The translations under genes and the position numbers were made by a program. A stretch of 62,923 nucleotides of DNA, filler included, from Licmophora abbreviata (Eukaryota), in NCBI GenBank assembly GCA_900291995.1. It is 7 parts of 7 records of this genome, joined end to end, with 100 filler letters (N's around TTAATTAATTAA, not from the genome) between each part and the next. Parts side by side here need not be neighbours in the genome. Positions count along the whole stretch, not along the records: positions 23,317 to 52,278 come from OLMU01001435.1; 6 more parts are not named here. One strand, written 5' to 3'. Under the pieces are notes generated by a model. The model saw only the letters and a list, made by a program, of their open reading frames with translations. It was not told the origin of the DNA and searched no databases. This document shows positions 25,601 through 40,260 of the stretch, piece by piece. The first letter of the stretch is position 1; every line of letters begins with the position of its first letter.

Positions 25601-28600
25601 TTCATACCAAAACCTCCTGTCCCAGAACGTATCTCCACCAGAGATCGAACCGATTTCACGTTCTGTTCACTCCAAGCGGAGTCACTGTCCCCGGAAGATG
25701 TATTGGAGCCAAAGGGATTCAGTCTCATGCGCACAGCCGTCATTCCAAGACGGCCAATATCGAGTCCGCCGCTCCATTTGTAGGACCGACTCGACGGATC
25801 AGCGTGGGGACGTAAACTGACTAGCTCCGGCAGCCGAAGGTCTGCCCAGTAGAAAGGAGCCACATCTCCGGGTTTTAGCAGAGTAGCAGTTTCATTGCCA
25901 GCCCCTGTCTGTTTTACCTCAAACGACATCATACCGGAATCATTGCGAAGAACAAACCGAGGAGTCAGAAGGCAGACCCTTGAGAATTCGCCCCAATCGC
26001 CATCTACTTCGGTCACTTGGTAGCAAATTTCGAACAATTCCGGGCTCAAATTGGATGTGCTATACCTAGGCGTGAGATCCTCATGCCGTCCTGTTGGAAA
26101 CTCGGTCGTCTCACATAGGAATCGCGAAGGCACGCCTGATGTCTTTGTCAACGTTGGCCACCTGGACGCTAACACCCGCACGACGCCATGAGCGTTTCCA
26201 GTTGCGGGAATAAGACAGGGGTCACTCCACTGGCCGTCACCACATCTTACTGAGATGTGCAAGACGCCCTGGTCAACAAATGAGGATATTGAACCATCAA
26301 GCGTCCCAAGAGCATCTGCTTGTTTATTGCCCTGCTCTTTCGCCTGTCTTTCGCTGAGATTCTGCACTCTCGTGAAGTTGTCCCGTATTGGCTGGTGAAT
26401 CGCATTGATAGCTCCCAGAAACTGCCCCTGTGATGGTCCGGGCCGAGACTCAAACCGTCGAAACCATCTCCTCCTCCGATATGAATGGCTTGGACTAAAT
26501 GTCCTGAGGCCCGAAAAGAAGGTATCGTTTCCGCTGCGGAGACTTCGACAGCTCTCCCAGCCGCCGTCGTCGGCCTTCGCTTCGCCTGTACAATCGATGT
26601 GCTGAAAGAGACGACAGATAAGTCATGGGCATTGTAGAAAGGCGATAAAGATACAATCAACATACCCATGATTGATCGACCCAAAGCCAAGATTCATCAT
26701 TGATGCTCGTGTTTTTCGGTTCCTGGCGCCAGCTGTTGTACGTATCAGAGCCCCACCAACGAGTGTTTACAACGGAACCCTCGATCTCAATGTATTCGAA
26801 AGCCTCGTGGTACATTTCATCCGATGATTGGAAAGGTAGCATCACGAGGTCGCTCTCTGCCCCATCGTCCTCGCCTTGACTCCGAAAGCCTTTCCCTTTG
26901 TCCCCAAGCTCGAATACGCTCGCCATTTCGGAGATAGCTGCTTCGGCTGCAACTTTGAACGCTGTGTCCGAATTTCGCCCATCTCCTGGTGCTTCGCTCC
27001 CCATCGGTGCGTGGATTTGGTGTGAAGCGCTACCGAAGGCGAGAGGGAGCGATGTAAGGTTTCGCAACCACAATTCTGTATGGGCTACAATATCCGCTCC
27101 ATAGGCAGCAAGAGAGCCATCCGAGGTCGTGCACACTTTGGGGACAATACGAAATCCAACTGTAAATGGTACCCCAAAGCCGTCCTTTATCTGAACATTC
27201 ACCTGACGAGCCATTGGGATGCCGCGGGACACCTTGTTCATATCCCCGGTAGCTGAGCAAATTCACAAATAGAATGAGCGACGCTTTAAGAAAGCTCAGA
27301 CTGATTGCTGCGCATTACTGTGTTACGTACCATCGATCGGCGTGACCCGTGAATCTCGCAATGGCTCACCTGTGCTCTCACAATTTGTTGGTACGGGCAC
27401 GTGAGCCCATAAAGACCAATCCTGACTGGAGAACAAACGCATTCGCATGCGAGTGTCCATACCCAGGACGTTGCAAGCAAAGACATCGACGCTGTCCCCA
27501 CTCGTCAAAGAACGGTGATGATCGACGATCTGTCCATCGGCTAAACGAATATCTGAAGGCTGCGCTTGCACCGACGACCCTCCCAAGCGAATATGTGCCA
27601 GTTTCTCAAATGCCGCGATCTCCCACTGGAGATTGGTTGGCAACAAGTTTCGGAAGGTAAGGCATGATTCAATGACAACGCAAAAATTTTCAAAGGTGGA
27701 AGGCTCAAAGCCATCAGAACGTCTACGAAATTGACCTGAGTCGTCTGCGGTAGGAACATCGTTTTCTTGTGGCTCCACCGAGACTTCGGTCACTTTGGCA
27801 GTGCGGTAACAAGATAGCCATGCTGGGTAGCTGTCGGAGGCAGCTCCTACTGCATTCTCTTGTGGTTGGCACGATATGGATTGGGGTGAGACGAATGTCT
27901 GGTTCCAAGCCCAAGTTTCTCCAATGGTTTTCTGAGAGCTTCGACCCGTCAAACGGGCAGCAGCTACAGGCCCAAACGCGAGAATATCCCGACAACTCCA
28001 TTGATACGCGAGACCCGATGCTTCAATGAAAGGCCTGACAAATATGTAGCTTCGCTCGCGACCTAGCATTGACCACAGTGGCAAGAAGAAAGGGTAGCCC
28101 GGTTCAGCAACACCGATTCGTCTCACTGCACTCACGCGCGAGTCGACGGTCGCACTTGGGACACTGCGCAGTTCCATTGCAATACTTTCGTCGGAGCAAA
28201 CTTCGCTCGCTTTGGTGGCTAATATTTCGATGGACTCGCCTTGCAGAGGAGCATCAAGTCCAATGCCAATTTCAATAGCGTCGTTCGAGCCCATAAACAA
28301 AATGCGTGCAGCGCTGCTCAGCGTGAGAATTCTCCGGTTGTCTTGAAGTTCAACAGTCCAAACGACTGGTACGCAGAAGTAATTCCTTGGTCTGACATTG
28401 TCTCCGTCGTCTTTTAAAGAACTGTCGGTGACGTGAAGATACCTAGTCGCTGTTCCTACTTTGAAAGTCGGAAGATTCCGCAGCGGAGATATCAGGACGC
28501 CCGCGACCGACTGGATGAGAACGGTCAGGCTCGGATACTGTCCTTCGTATGATCTAACTCGATTTTTTTCTGGTTTTCGAGAAGTGGATTCGCCCGCGTC

Positions 28601-31600
28601 TTCGTTGGCCACAGGAAGCGAATCATGGAACGCAGTGTCCATATGAAACTTAGTCTCTTCTCCCTCTGGGACTTCTGTATGCTCGCTCCGACCAGATGGT
28701 AGCTGCTGGTTGAATTTCACTGACAAGCCAGTCCTATTCCGGAAAACGAAAGGCGTTCCCATTTCCGAGCTCTTCCTTGTCCCAGCGCCTCTTCTCGTGG
28801 CGAAGTTCAACGCTGCACGAGCCGCTTTCTGCGCCACCGCGGATCGAGCTGATCGCGAGTGATCGGCGGCATTTCGAGCAGAGTCTGACAATGGCATATC
28901 TGATTTCCCATTTGCTGGAGTTCTGACTTGGCCAAAGTCAGTCTCGCTGGAACTCTGACGAGGCCGAAAGTCTTCTCGCTCGTCAGCATACTCACTTTCC
29001 GACTGGGTATGCTCTACAGCGACCGCTAGCTCCGAGCTCCCCCGTCGCCATTCCTTCCAGTCGTTCATCGTCCGAAAAATAACTTCGGTCGCGGGTTCGG
29101 TTATGTTGACACAAATGATTCCAACTGGGTCTGCAATCTTGTAAAGATGGTCATATCTGCCCCTTTGAGTGTGTAGAAACTTATCTGATATCTCAACAGC
29201 GAGCCGACCGGGTATTGCGACACTTCCCTCCTGCCACTCAACGCCCAAGCAAAGCTGAGAAGGTTCCAGTAAAGGCTCCCAAGCTGCGATTCGAGGGTGA
29301 TAATAATCAATCTCAATTCGCGCCAGAGCGCCAACTTTCTGGATTGGCTCGACTGTAGAGACTCTGTATCCCAACCCACCCATGTGATGTCCATCCCCGA
29401 GGCCAAAAAAGCTTGGGGGGACAGTTTCGATCAGATACGCTTCTAGGCCCAGTCCACGCTCCACGTGAAAGTCAAGACAATGCATCCGTCCACGTAAGAG
29501 TGGCATATCTCTTCCCTTCACGTCATTGATGAACGTTATATCAAGTCTTGCGATCGAGACCACCACGTCGTCGACGACTCCCCAATGGGAGGACTCCAGC
29601 TCGACAAACGTAAGCGAATAGGTCAGGTTGCCAAGACTTGTCTCTGCTGCGGCACCTTCATTGAGGGATGATTCCTGTTCTTCAAATTGTTGGAGAGCCC
29701 TCACGGAGTCATCATATCCAAGCTGCAAAGACGGGGTTGCGTCGAGGAAGCTAATGACGGCTCCAGCTCTGGGAATTCGAATCTCCTGCTCCTTTCCTAT
29801 ACTTTGCGCACATGCAAATGCATCAGCGTTCACATCTGTTAGAACAGGGATGTCCCCGCATAGATGTTTTTCTATCTGAAGTCCAGTAGGTATACCCATA
29901 AGAAAAGTCACCGTGAAGACACTTGTCGCTGGAATGTTGGAGGGGCTCTCATCATTCGAAGAGGGCTTGGAGTCGGCCTCCGCGGCCCGCTTATCGATGT
30001 CTTCATTAGAGACACTATAGTCGAACGTCTGTCGAGAAAAGGTCAGCGTGATGGGACGGGGCGCGTTGGCCAGGTGTTGGACAACTCTTTCAAGTGACAG
30101 TCCCTTGACTGGTTCACCGTTGACGGCTCTCAGCACATCTCCGACCTTGACTTCGTGCAAGTCATCTGAAACATGGGCAATGCTCTCCACGACAATAGCA
30201 CGTGAAACTTTCTTCAAAACTAGCCCGAGCCGACGTGATTCAAAAATAACGTCGAGCGAGCTCGTAGCCGTAGAGAATACAACATTGTCGCTGGAATCAG
30301 ACTGGCCATATTCTGCAGAGGATTCCGTAGCATCCGCTGTCCCAGTCTTGCCTTTTTGACTTTCCTTTGGACGCTTCATGGACCATCGTTCCAACACTGC
30401 CGCGAGTAGTGTAAGATCTTCGAAGCTAATCGTGGTAGAGACAGGATCCATGTTCACATGGAGAGAGCGTCGAGAAGGAAACAGGTCGCGACGCGTCTGC
30501 GAAATCTGAACTCCGAATGTTACTGGTTCGATAAGGGCGATGCCTAGTCCTGACACTACTTTGACATCAAGAGAGCCAGCCCCCTCACTGGGAGGTGGAT
30601 CGATAGAATGACCAAGCATCTCTGAGTGACGAGGCTTTAGTCCAAGCACCCCTCGAACTCCTGGGTTGATGTAGCTTTCCATGCTGTGCCACTGAGCATC
30701 GACAGCGGTTACGACCGTAGTATCCGTAGATTCTTGCGCTCTGTTGCCGGTGACTCTTTTTTCGGGACCCTTTACCTGCTTGACAACACTTGCATTTATG
30801 ACTGCAAGTCTATGTCCAGAATGAAAACCGTAAACCTCATTAGCAATCCTGACAAACAAGAGCAAGTGCCACGAGCACGTGCATCGGCATGTGCAACTTA
30901 CCCTCGAAGGACAAGAGCGCGGGAATCCAGATCACTCTCATCGGCCACGAAGAATATGCGGGGATAGTGCACAGTCATCTTAATTTGGAAACCAGAAGTG
31001 TCGCTACCAATCGTTTTCATATTCTCTTTCTGATTCAGGGCCAACGCTTCCGTATCCTCGACTCGATGTTGCCGGCTTTCAAAAGAAGGGCGGTGAGTAC
31101 CATTATCCACATAGTCAGTCGGCCAAGAACAGTCAACGAATGCACCTATTTCTCGAATGGGGCGAATCAACGCGTTCACGGTTAGATTGTTAACCATGAC
31201 ACGAACGACCGTCATGCGGTCGCAGCTCTCCGCAATATGGTTGCTCTCGCCGATCCAACCGGCCGATGAGCTGGGACACGTATCGACAGTCACAACGAGA
31301 TGGGGCGTAGCACTGTCCTCTGCCTCGCTCTCCGACCGACCCTCAGCAATAACAACGAATGCGGATGGTGGGCGCGTAGACTTTGGAACTTCCGACCTGC
31401 CCAAGTTCTCGTAAAAACGTTCCCTTGCGAGACGCCCCATGTCCCCCAAATCGAAAAGACCGATTCGAAACAAGGACAAGTGAATAGACGTATCCCCATT
31501 GACATCCTTGCCTGCATTGATCTGGATCTTTTCAACGCGAAAGAGGATCATATCATACGAAAACTTATCAACCAGGCTCTGATTTAAGATCGCTCCCTCG

Positions 31601-34600
31601 AGATCAAGACAGTCGTCTCGTCGTAGCTTGAGAGAGAGTCCAGCCAGATCGAAAGTCAAGTCAATGTTTGATCTAGACTTGCCGGGTTCGTTTTCTTGGT
31701 CGCTAGTTTCTGCTGCCTTGCTCTTGGCCAACTGCTGTTTCTTTCCGTATGTGATTATGCGTGCACTCGATGAGTATGCCATACTTCCATCGTCGTCGAT
31801 ATGGGTTTCGTCAGCCTCTGTCGAAGTTTCCGCCGTGGCCTCCTGCATCCAGTACGCCTTTTCCACGTTGTCCCATAGACTCGAGTCTACTTTCCGACCG
31901 ATATTTCTCTTCAGAATCGCCCGAATGAGGGTATATGCCGTGTAGTTCAAAGTCGTCTCAACAGATGAAAGATTGCCTCGTACAGCCATCGCCTCGTTCT
32001 GAGTTCTTGGTTTGCGAAGGGCAACACATAGATCGACCGGAATCATGCACGAAGTCAGTTCGTCGGGAGAATCGGCACTGAGAGTCAGATATGTAGTCCA
32101 TCCCATTCCTTTGAGGGTCAGGGACAACGCTCGAGACCAGACAATTCGACTGTCGTCCAATTCACTCGGAACGGTTCCACGTGAGCTCGGTTCTCCTGCT
32201 TCGAACCAGCTCCGAAGTTTGACGTCACCTAGAAGATCCACAGAGCAAAGAAAACTGTTTAGTGCAGGAACAAGAAGTTAACGGACGCTTCGCACAAACC
32301 GTACCTAAGCGAATCACGATTCCGCAATCGGCAGTTTCATCTTTCGGTACCTGCACCTGTGGCATATGGATCGATAGGTCAAGGAAACTCTTGGTCTGAA
32401 TGCGCCGCTCTATGAAACCTTTCGCGGCTCTTGAGGTAGCCCCCATCCCCTTCCCAGGGAGGCCGTTTGACAAGTAGTCCAAAATTTCCTCTGCACGCTC
32501 GCGAATGTAGTTGAATCGAAGAGATGCGACTGTGATGGAAAGATAATCGTCGACTGTTTTGTATTTTGAGTCAGCTAAAAGCGACTCCACCCATGCCGGA
32601 AACGAGGCACGGTTCATTTGCTCCTTCTTTGAGAAGGTCCTGTAATGAAACTTGAAGAAAGTTTCAGCTGCCGCTGAGGATCCAGGAGGCTCACTGCCGA
32701 CAGCCTCACGAAGCACACAAAATACTCTGCGGTTTGCAGGAAGTATCGATCTAGACAATCGTTCATATTCGTCCGAATCCCAAGCATTCACGTCTCGAAT
32801 CGATCCGGCAATGGTCATTCCGCCGTTTGTATTTGTTTCAAATGATACACGGTTCCCGAGCATTTCTACACGGAGCAACATGCGATCCTGATGCTCCTTA
32901 TTCAAACAGACAGTGAGATCTTCAACACTGCATGTCACGCGAAGCGGCACACGCGCCGCTTGGGAGGAGTCGAATCATCCCTGCTAGCGGAGTCCTTCGA
33001 CACAGAGGGCGTTAACATCAATACGGGGTCATCAGAATCCGCTGATTTTGACTTTGCTTCTTTCAACAGACGGCCCAGAAACCGCTGAAGAGCGATGACA
33101 GTCGATGGGTTCCACTTAAGAGTGAAAGAGTGCGTCCGTGCTTCTATCTGGCGAACAGCTCCACCCGATACCGAACTTCGCAGTTCCACAAGCCCCCGAT
33201 CATTTCGACGGTCGGGCATAGCTTGCGGGGATACCGCCATTTCAGCCAGACTGTGCGCCACTCCATAGCCCCAAGTCTGCTCCGTCGAGCAGAAGTCCGA
33301 CCAAAGCATCTCATTGGAGCTAGCAGATGATGCACTAATCTCTCCAGCCATGGCAGGGCTCGACTCGTCAGCCGAACGGCTCGTCGCGGCAAGCCGAAAC
33401 GGAGACCGGGCCGGCTGTAGGCGGTCAAACAGGTCAATTTGAGCGATGCATAGGCTCATGTCGTGATTCTTGGCAGAGTCGGATCCAATGGACGGCCCCT
33501 TAGCTGTCTCCTTTTCTGACCTAGTAATACGGGTGAACGATACAGATCCGACGCAGAGCGAGAGGAGCTCTTGAGCATTGGCAAAGTGACGTAGGCTGTC
33601 ATCAATCACTGTCAGTTCAAATCCCCTGCAGCTCATTACGAGCGAATCAGTTTGTGGTGACGCTGAAAGAGATTGTGTCTCGCCCTCTTCTGGTTCGCTG
33701 TCGACTGTTTCGACTTTTCGAGAATCCTTGACCATTGATGGCTTTCTGAACTCGGAGAAGTAATGCAGGCCAACATCGATCGCCTGACTCATGTCTGAGT
33801 AAGCCGCACGCGCGCGCATGACATCGGCACTTATTGTTGCCCTGTGTTCAATGCATCTTATGTCAGCCGATCCGCTGGTATGGCTGATTATGCCCGTGGC
33901 ATTCCAAGGGTGGATGAGGGAATATTTCGTCGAATCGCAATCAGAGTTCCCCGAGAATGTCGAAACTTCTACACCGTGTACAAAGAAAGTCTTTGAGGTC
34001 TGGAAACCGCAATCCTCACTTTTGTGGAGGAAGTCAAAGTGTGTCATTCGGAGGATAACAGACGTCCGACTCTTGCCAAATTCCCCGCATGAGAGCGTGA
34101 TACATGGCGACGTGAGGAGCAGACGAAACTGATAAGTCGCTGCGCGACGTGTCTTGGGGACAGTCAAGGCTCCGCCTAAGGACCGTTTTCGTTTTGGAAT
34201 GCGGCGCGCTTCGTTCTCAGGTCGACCCATCGGGTACCACCGGTCTCCTATCTGAATTGAATTCTGAATTTCTTCTGAGTCCATCATTTCTGGCTGTCCC
34301 AAGGATCCGAAGAAACGCATGAGCGATATCCAAGCTGGATAGATGAAGTATATCGTGCCCTCAGTAATCTGTAGCGACTTCACATTGTTGCCAGATGGAC
34401 CTGTAGTTGACATGTAGAGCAGCATTGGGCCAGTACCAGTGGGAAGGACTCCTTCAGGAAAGCCTTCGCTACCTGCGCCGCGCATATCGTTCGACGAAAA
34501 TTTTGATGGAAGGAGAAGATCAACGCCTTGTCGCCCCCCACGCAACGCCGCGTCGCAGGTCACATGCTGCCGGACAATTTGATCCACACCTTTTCTCATT

Positions 34601-37600
34601 CTCCACTCGACTGGTCCACATTGCGCTCGAGCGATCTCCTCCTCGCCGCCTTCCGAACTAGTCAGTACAAAGCTGAGGGATGGCGTATGAAGGCTGATGC
34701 TATACGTTGTCGGCGTCACATCTTTCTTGTCGTATCCGAAGTGAACCATGATTCTTTTTTTGTAATTTTCGAGATCTGGTGGAGGGAGATTCTGAAGGGC
34801 GTTCCATTCCTCGAGGTGACGAGATGGCTCCGCAACGTTGAAGGAAACAACATGTTGCAGCAAAGCATAGTCATCCTTTCGAAGAAAGAGACTCAACGCA
34901 TCCACTTCGCTTGAAACATCCCATTTAGGCGTGATCGATGAAGCGCCTGGGCCAGTGGGCCAGTTCAAAGAAAAATGTGCATTCGTGTATTGGACAGCAT
35001 CATCAGCAGGATCCGGCGAACCGGACTTGGTGAGATCGACTCCTTGCCAGTTAGACACACGAAGATGTCGGAGTGAAGCAACGCAGTTATTAAACCACTG
35101 AACTCGCTCTACACCTTCCATTGTAGAGATCACATGGGCAGTGTAATGATTGGAAACTGTCAGGGTGGAAAAATCGAGCCGCAAAAAAGTAGGAGAGCGA
35201 TAGGTGACAGGCACCACAATCGTAGGAGCTTCCATCGTAATCTGGAAGCTGGTGAACCCTATGCTCTCCCCACTTGCACCTTGAAGGTCTCGTCTCAAGG
35301 GCTGACCCTCCTCGCGCGACAAAGGGCTTGTGTCTTGCTGGTCAACGCGATAAATAGACTGAGGTCGCAACCTGCCCCATACTTCGTAGCCGATAATACC
35401 CTCGAAAAAGTAGTCAGCAATCTCGAACCAGAGCTGTTGTAGATAGACAAATCGCATAGGACTGAAGCGAAGAACTAAAGAAAAGTCGCATCCGACTATC
35501 GTTCCATTGTCGAGGTTCACCGAAACTCCTTTCGGCTCTTCGGATGGCGAGCTCTCGGTCGACCAAAACGTGCGAGTTTTCTCATTCATGGTGAGTTCAA
35601 GCTCGAGGACAGAAGTTGTACTGACAGACTTCGCGAATGAGTCGCTCTTTAGCCCAAGCACTTCACCGTATAAAGTAGAATTATCGGCTGATGCGGCATC
35701 AGAAATGCTCAGATTCCCGATACGAGCCACAGTCTTTGAGCCTCCTTCGCATCTTGACGTGTATTCTAAGTTGGTGCGATCCATTTCTGCTGTCACCAGT
35801 CGACGGTGGCGAGATTCCTTGTTGAAGTTGACTCTAAGCTTCATTAGTTCGAAAACCACTCGAAACCTGCGAATGACAGCCGACGGTTTTTCCAGCCCTA
35901 TGTCCTGGGTCATGTAACCCGAGGACCTTAAAACGCTATGTGCTTCTGGCATGCCCCCTGCGTGCATTGTACCCCTTCTTAACCAAAGCGGAGATAGGGG
36001 GATCGATTCCTTCCAATCCGAGCCCATCCCCTCCGCGAAGACCTCAGCTGCGTCCGAAAATGAGGAAGCACGTGAAGAAGATATCTCGGAAATCAGCGGA
36101 AAGTGGTTGTCACTATCGTTCCGTTCGAAAGACAAGGGTGAATCAGTGCTGTCGTCGTATTCAAGGGCATCGAAAAACTCATCATTAGAGTCTGATTCAT
36201 CTTCATTTTCTTGCTCGGACAGATCTTGAGCGTAGCTTGTTTCAGCTCTATCTCTTGTAGGTAGCTGCATCGCCTTGTGGACTGCAGCAAGCGTCTCAGG
36301 GTTCCATTCGACATACAACTCGTTGAATCGGATCAACAAAGTGTCCGTAATACTGACCTCGCTGAAAGATGCTGCTTCTGCCCACTTATCGACATCTGCC
36401 GTGCAGGTGACAAACCTCACGGACACAAGGTCGCTCTCAATCTCCTCTTGAAGCTCTGCGAAAGATTCAAGGTCGGAACTCAAATGCCTGTTCATGTCTG
36501 GCACGAAAGAAGACACAAGGTGACAATATTTCTTTCCAGCCTGCTGGTACAGATCGATAGCTTGCACAGAATGAAGCTTCGCATCAAGAGTCGTAGAAAA
36601 TGCACCGCTCACATCAACTTTCTGTACGAAGGTGCCCCGAATGCCACTAAGTGCAATGTCCACTAGGGGGGTTGCTGGCGATGATCCGCAATGGCGATCA
36701 CTTTCGCCGCTGGCGACCGATAGAAATGCCTGACCATCCACATCATTCTCTAGCCTCAGTGCGATGAGAGGGGCCGAAAACTTGAATTCAACCGTTCGCT
36801 CGGCGCGGGTGGCACTTGTCTTCCCTTCTGATAGAGGGCTGTCCTCGCTTCTTTTCATGTTCATACCATTGATGAAAGACCTATCTAGAGAAGAGCTTCG
36901 TCGCCTTTCCCACTTCCGTTCCAGTCGCTTGACAAGTCGTACCGCAGAGGACGTCAGATTGAAAACGAGACGTGGAAGTACCGCCGAAATAGTCACTTTC
37001 GTACTTCCCCTGGAGTCGACTGCGTGTGATTCTGAAGCTGCAAACCGCGAAGAAATTACAAATTGCAGCGAGAAAGGTTCGACCATCTGGTGTATCGATC
37101 CTTGAACCCCCGATAAAGATGTACCGGCGTTCTTTGAGATTCGATACCACGCGGTGGACGATGACTGTACTTGAATATCGTTCAGGCTAAGAATCCATCT
37201 GTCGTCGAAGTCATGCGCATCTTGTTGGCCGGCATTCGAGAATTTGAGATGGCCAAGGTCAATAACTAACAGCGGGCACACCTTGCTTTGCATATCCTCC
37301 GGAATGAGAATGACAGGCGCAGAAACGTCAACATCAACGATGATCCTCTTTCTTCTATGAGCCAGAGCTTGAACGAGGCGCCTGCGCTGTTTCTCTCGCC
37401 ATCGAAGAGCGATGGACGCTAAGCGGTGGTAATCATTAGTGAGTTCGGGCGTTTGAATGCTGGAGAACACCCGTGACAAAGCTGCAACAGGATTGGTGGC
37501 GTAGACGATTTCAAGAGGATACAGTCGCATGCGTGTCCAAGTGGTGGACCCATGCAAGAAAGAATCGTCATTCGACGAGAACGACCGTCTTACATTGATG

Positions 37601-39714
37601 CTTGCGCTCAGCCTCTCGGTCAGCCCTCCTATCAAGATCGTGTCGCTGCTTTCGGGGCTCTCCTCACCCATCGTGTTCACAAGATACGGAAACAAGTGTG
37701 GGGAGTAGGCCGATCGAGATTCAGAAACTTTCGTAGTGAGATCCTTTACATCAAGTGAGGCTATGGCACAATCAACTTCCCACCCTCCATCAACGAACAC
37801 TTTCTGTTGCTGTTGTACAGCGCACGATACCTTAACGACGGGTTTACCGCGGCGTAGGCCACCGGAAGGAGCACCAGCATGAGCCCCAGAAGATTTCTCA
37901 TTTAGTTGGAGGGACAGTACCGGACAAATGAGCTCACTTCTCCACACTACCATATCAAGAGGCAAATCAACACCAGCCCCTCCACCTGAAGACCGACCGT
38001 CCATGGACTCCTGGCTAGACATCAAATCGCCCTCCATATCTTGCCGAAGAACATGCACCATCTCTTCAAACTTTCGACAACGCTGATCTATTGATAGTGA
38101 CGCGTGCTTCATAATTGCATCTGATCCTTCGTCAAATAGCTCAAGTCGCATGTCACCATCGTTCGGGCTCAGGCTCTGAAGCCCAGCCTCTCCGTGCTTG
38201 CGAACGAGCAATGGACTGCGACCTACCGACATCCGAAAAGCAAAAATTTCCACGTCGGTCAGAGTGTCCTCCATTCGGAGTAGAGTCAGATGAGCGTCTT
38301 CCCTCTCGGTCTCGTTACTGCTCGTCAAGATAGTGACGTAAAAATTGATATATCGCTTTCTCGCTGCCAGAGCGTCTGATAGTCCTATCCATCCACGCTT
38401 TCTTTTGAATGACGCATTGCCAACTCGACTGGTGTCTTCGCCCCGACTTGTCCTCAATAGAATGGTTGTCGCCTCGAAAGCATACCTCCACCAACCTTCT
38501 GGGTTGTTGATCGGGGAGACGGACGGCCGCAGTCTCGCTATCGTCTGCAACACATTGTGGGGCACTAGTCCTTTTCGTGTTTGTTTCCATATGGCAAGAG
38601 ATTTCCGAAGGTAGGCCGCGTCCTCCAACGCGTAGCGAGAGACCTCAAAGCGACACGGGGGGAGTGAGACAATTGCGCTTGATGGCGGAGGAGGAGTCAG
38701 TGATCCATGAGGCTGGGAATCTCTCGAATGCGTCGAGCTATCCACGTCGTCCTGTTTAGTCCCAATCAGCGAGAAGTGAAGTGAAGGCGAAACAGGATAT
38801 AGCAGATGGCAGTGCTGTGTCTCGTCCTCCAGGTTGAGTGCCTCAAATCTTCGTGAGAACCAAGATTTTGGTATCTGCGATTCAGGAACGTCTGAGGCCA
38901 GGAGCTCACAGCCTCGATCCCAGTACATGGCAAGCTGATAGGCAGCCGCGAGCTTCTGTCGCACCGAGAACTTGTCAGTCGCTCGTTCTGCCTCCTTTTC
39001 GACGTCGCCGGTCGCCTGAACCGAGAACTGACGGAGAGTAACTCCGATAGCAAATGAATGACGTTCTCGTATCGCATTTCTATCACTCCAGACGAACCCC
39101 AAGCAACTTCCAGGGTCCTCGTAGCGAACGTGAATATTCTGGATCGTGACACCCAAGCTCGACACAATACTCGTCGCTAGACGTCTAGCCCATTCCCAAG
39201 GACGAGCTGAAGTCTTCGAGGTTTGTAGTTTCTCTGATCTCGATGATTGAAGCTGCGCTGCGACGCGTCGAAACAGAACAGCGTCGGTCTTTCGTTGTAC
39301 CTCCTGCTCTTTACGAATCCTTCGTTCCTCCACGGATAGATTTGTGTCATGTGACCTGTTATCTGGCTCTGGCGCCTTCGAAGCCATCGAACGCTTGGGC
39401 GTGATGAGAATATTCACGTCCGAGAGTATAATTGTGCATCCCAAATCTGCCAGCGTGTCGGCACTTCGCCATCGCAACTGAGAACGAACCAACGACCATG
39501 GTATTCTCAATTCAAGGTTTCCAACTTTTCCGTACTCAATTTCGACAGGACAGTCTTCTCCCAGCGCCTGTTCCAATGCATCTCGTCGAAGATATAGATC
39601 TTTCAAAATCAATTCTCCGTTCCAGGCCGATATCCTGACTTTGTCAGCGTCCAAGTTTTCCACAAAGTGTCCAAAGTGCGTTGTCAAGGCGTCACTGAGG
39701 TAGCGCTCAAACAT
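22659..39714 (-). CDS. VPS13: VPS13-family bridge-like lipid transfer protein of about 5,500 aa (about 6 introns, gap 23217-23316, one 1-nt frameshift near 32950)
   Basis: Chorein-N (MFERYLSDALTTHFGHFVENLD...AWNGELILKDL...GNLELRIPW; IQNIHVRYED), AAWEPLLEP, VAB-like repeats, LQVDN, LGSLSAIGNPLGL, ATG2_C-like G-rich helices and a terminal PH-like region. Confidence 0.95.
23217..23316. other. Artificial scaffold linker
   Basis: N44-TTAATTAATTAA-N44, inside VPS13. Confidence 0.98.
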
Positions 39715-40260
39715 GATGGCGAATTCTGACTATCGAAAAACAGAATTCAGGTTTCTTCCATACATTCACAGGTTTAGGTTGTACAAGCTCGATTCAAGGC
39801 AACATGTGGAAGAGAGGTGAAGGAAAGGAGCCGCAGACAGTCGTATCTCGCCATTGTCGCGTCCACGCTCGACCATCTTTGATGTGAAAATTGAAAAATT
39901 CGGGGGACGGACGCATCGCATCACGCCGGCGTGCTCGCGGGCGGAATCCGGAGTTTGGAAAGTCGTGCGGAATCACACACCCACAGCCGATCTCTTCTAC
40001 TCGTAGACGACAATGCAGTCTCGTGTGAGCCACACTTGACTCTTGAAACGCTATTCAAATTGATTAACAAGGACCAGGGATGGCTTCCGATCGGGCTTGT
40101 TCCTCTAAGCAACCATGAGCGTCACATTGTGATACTGCTAACAACTGCAGTGGTACCTGATACCATATTATGTTAGTTACGACGATGCAGCTGCCTGCTC
40201 CTCGCACCCCACAACTGCAACCTTATCGTTTCGTTGCTTTTCAGTATACTATAACTACTA

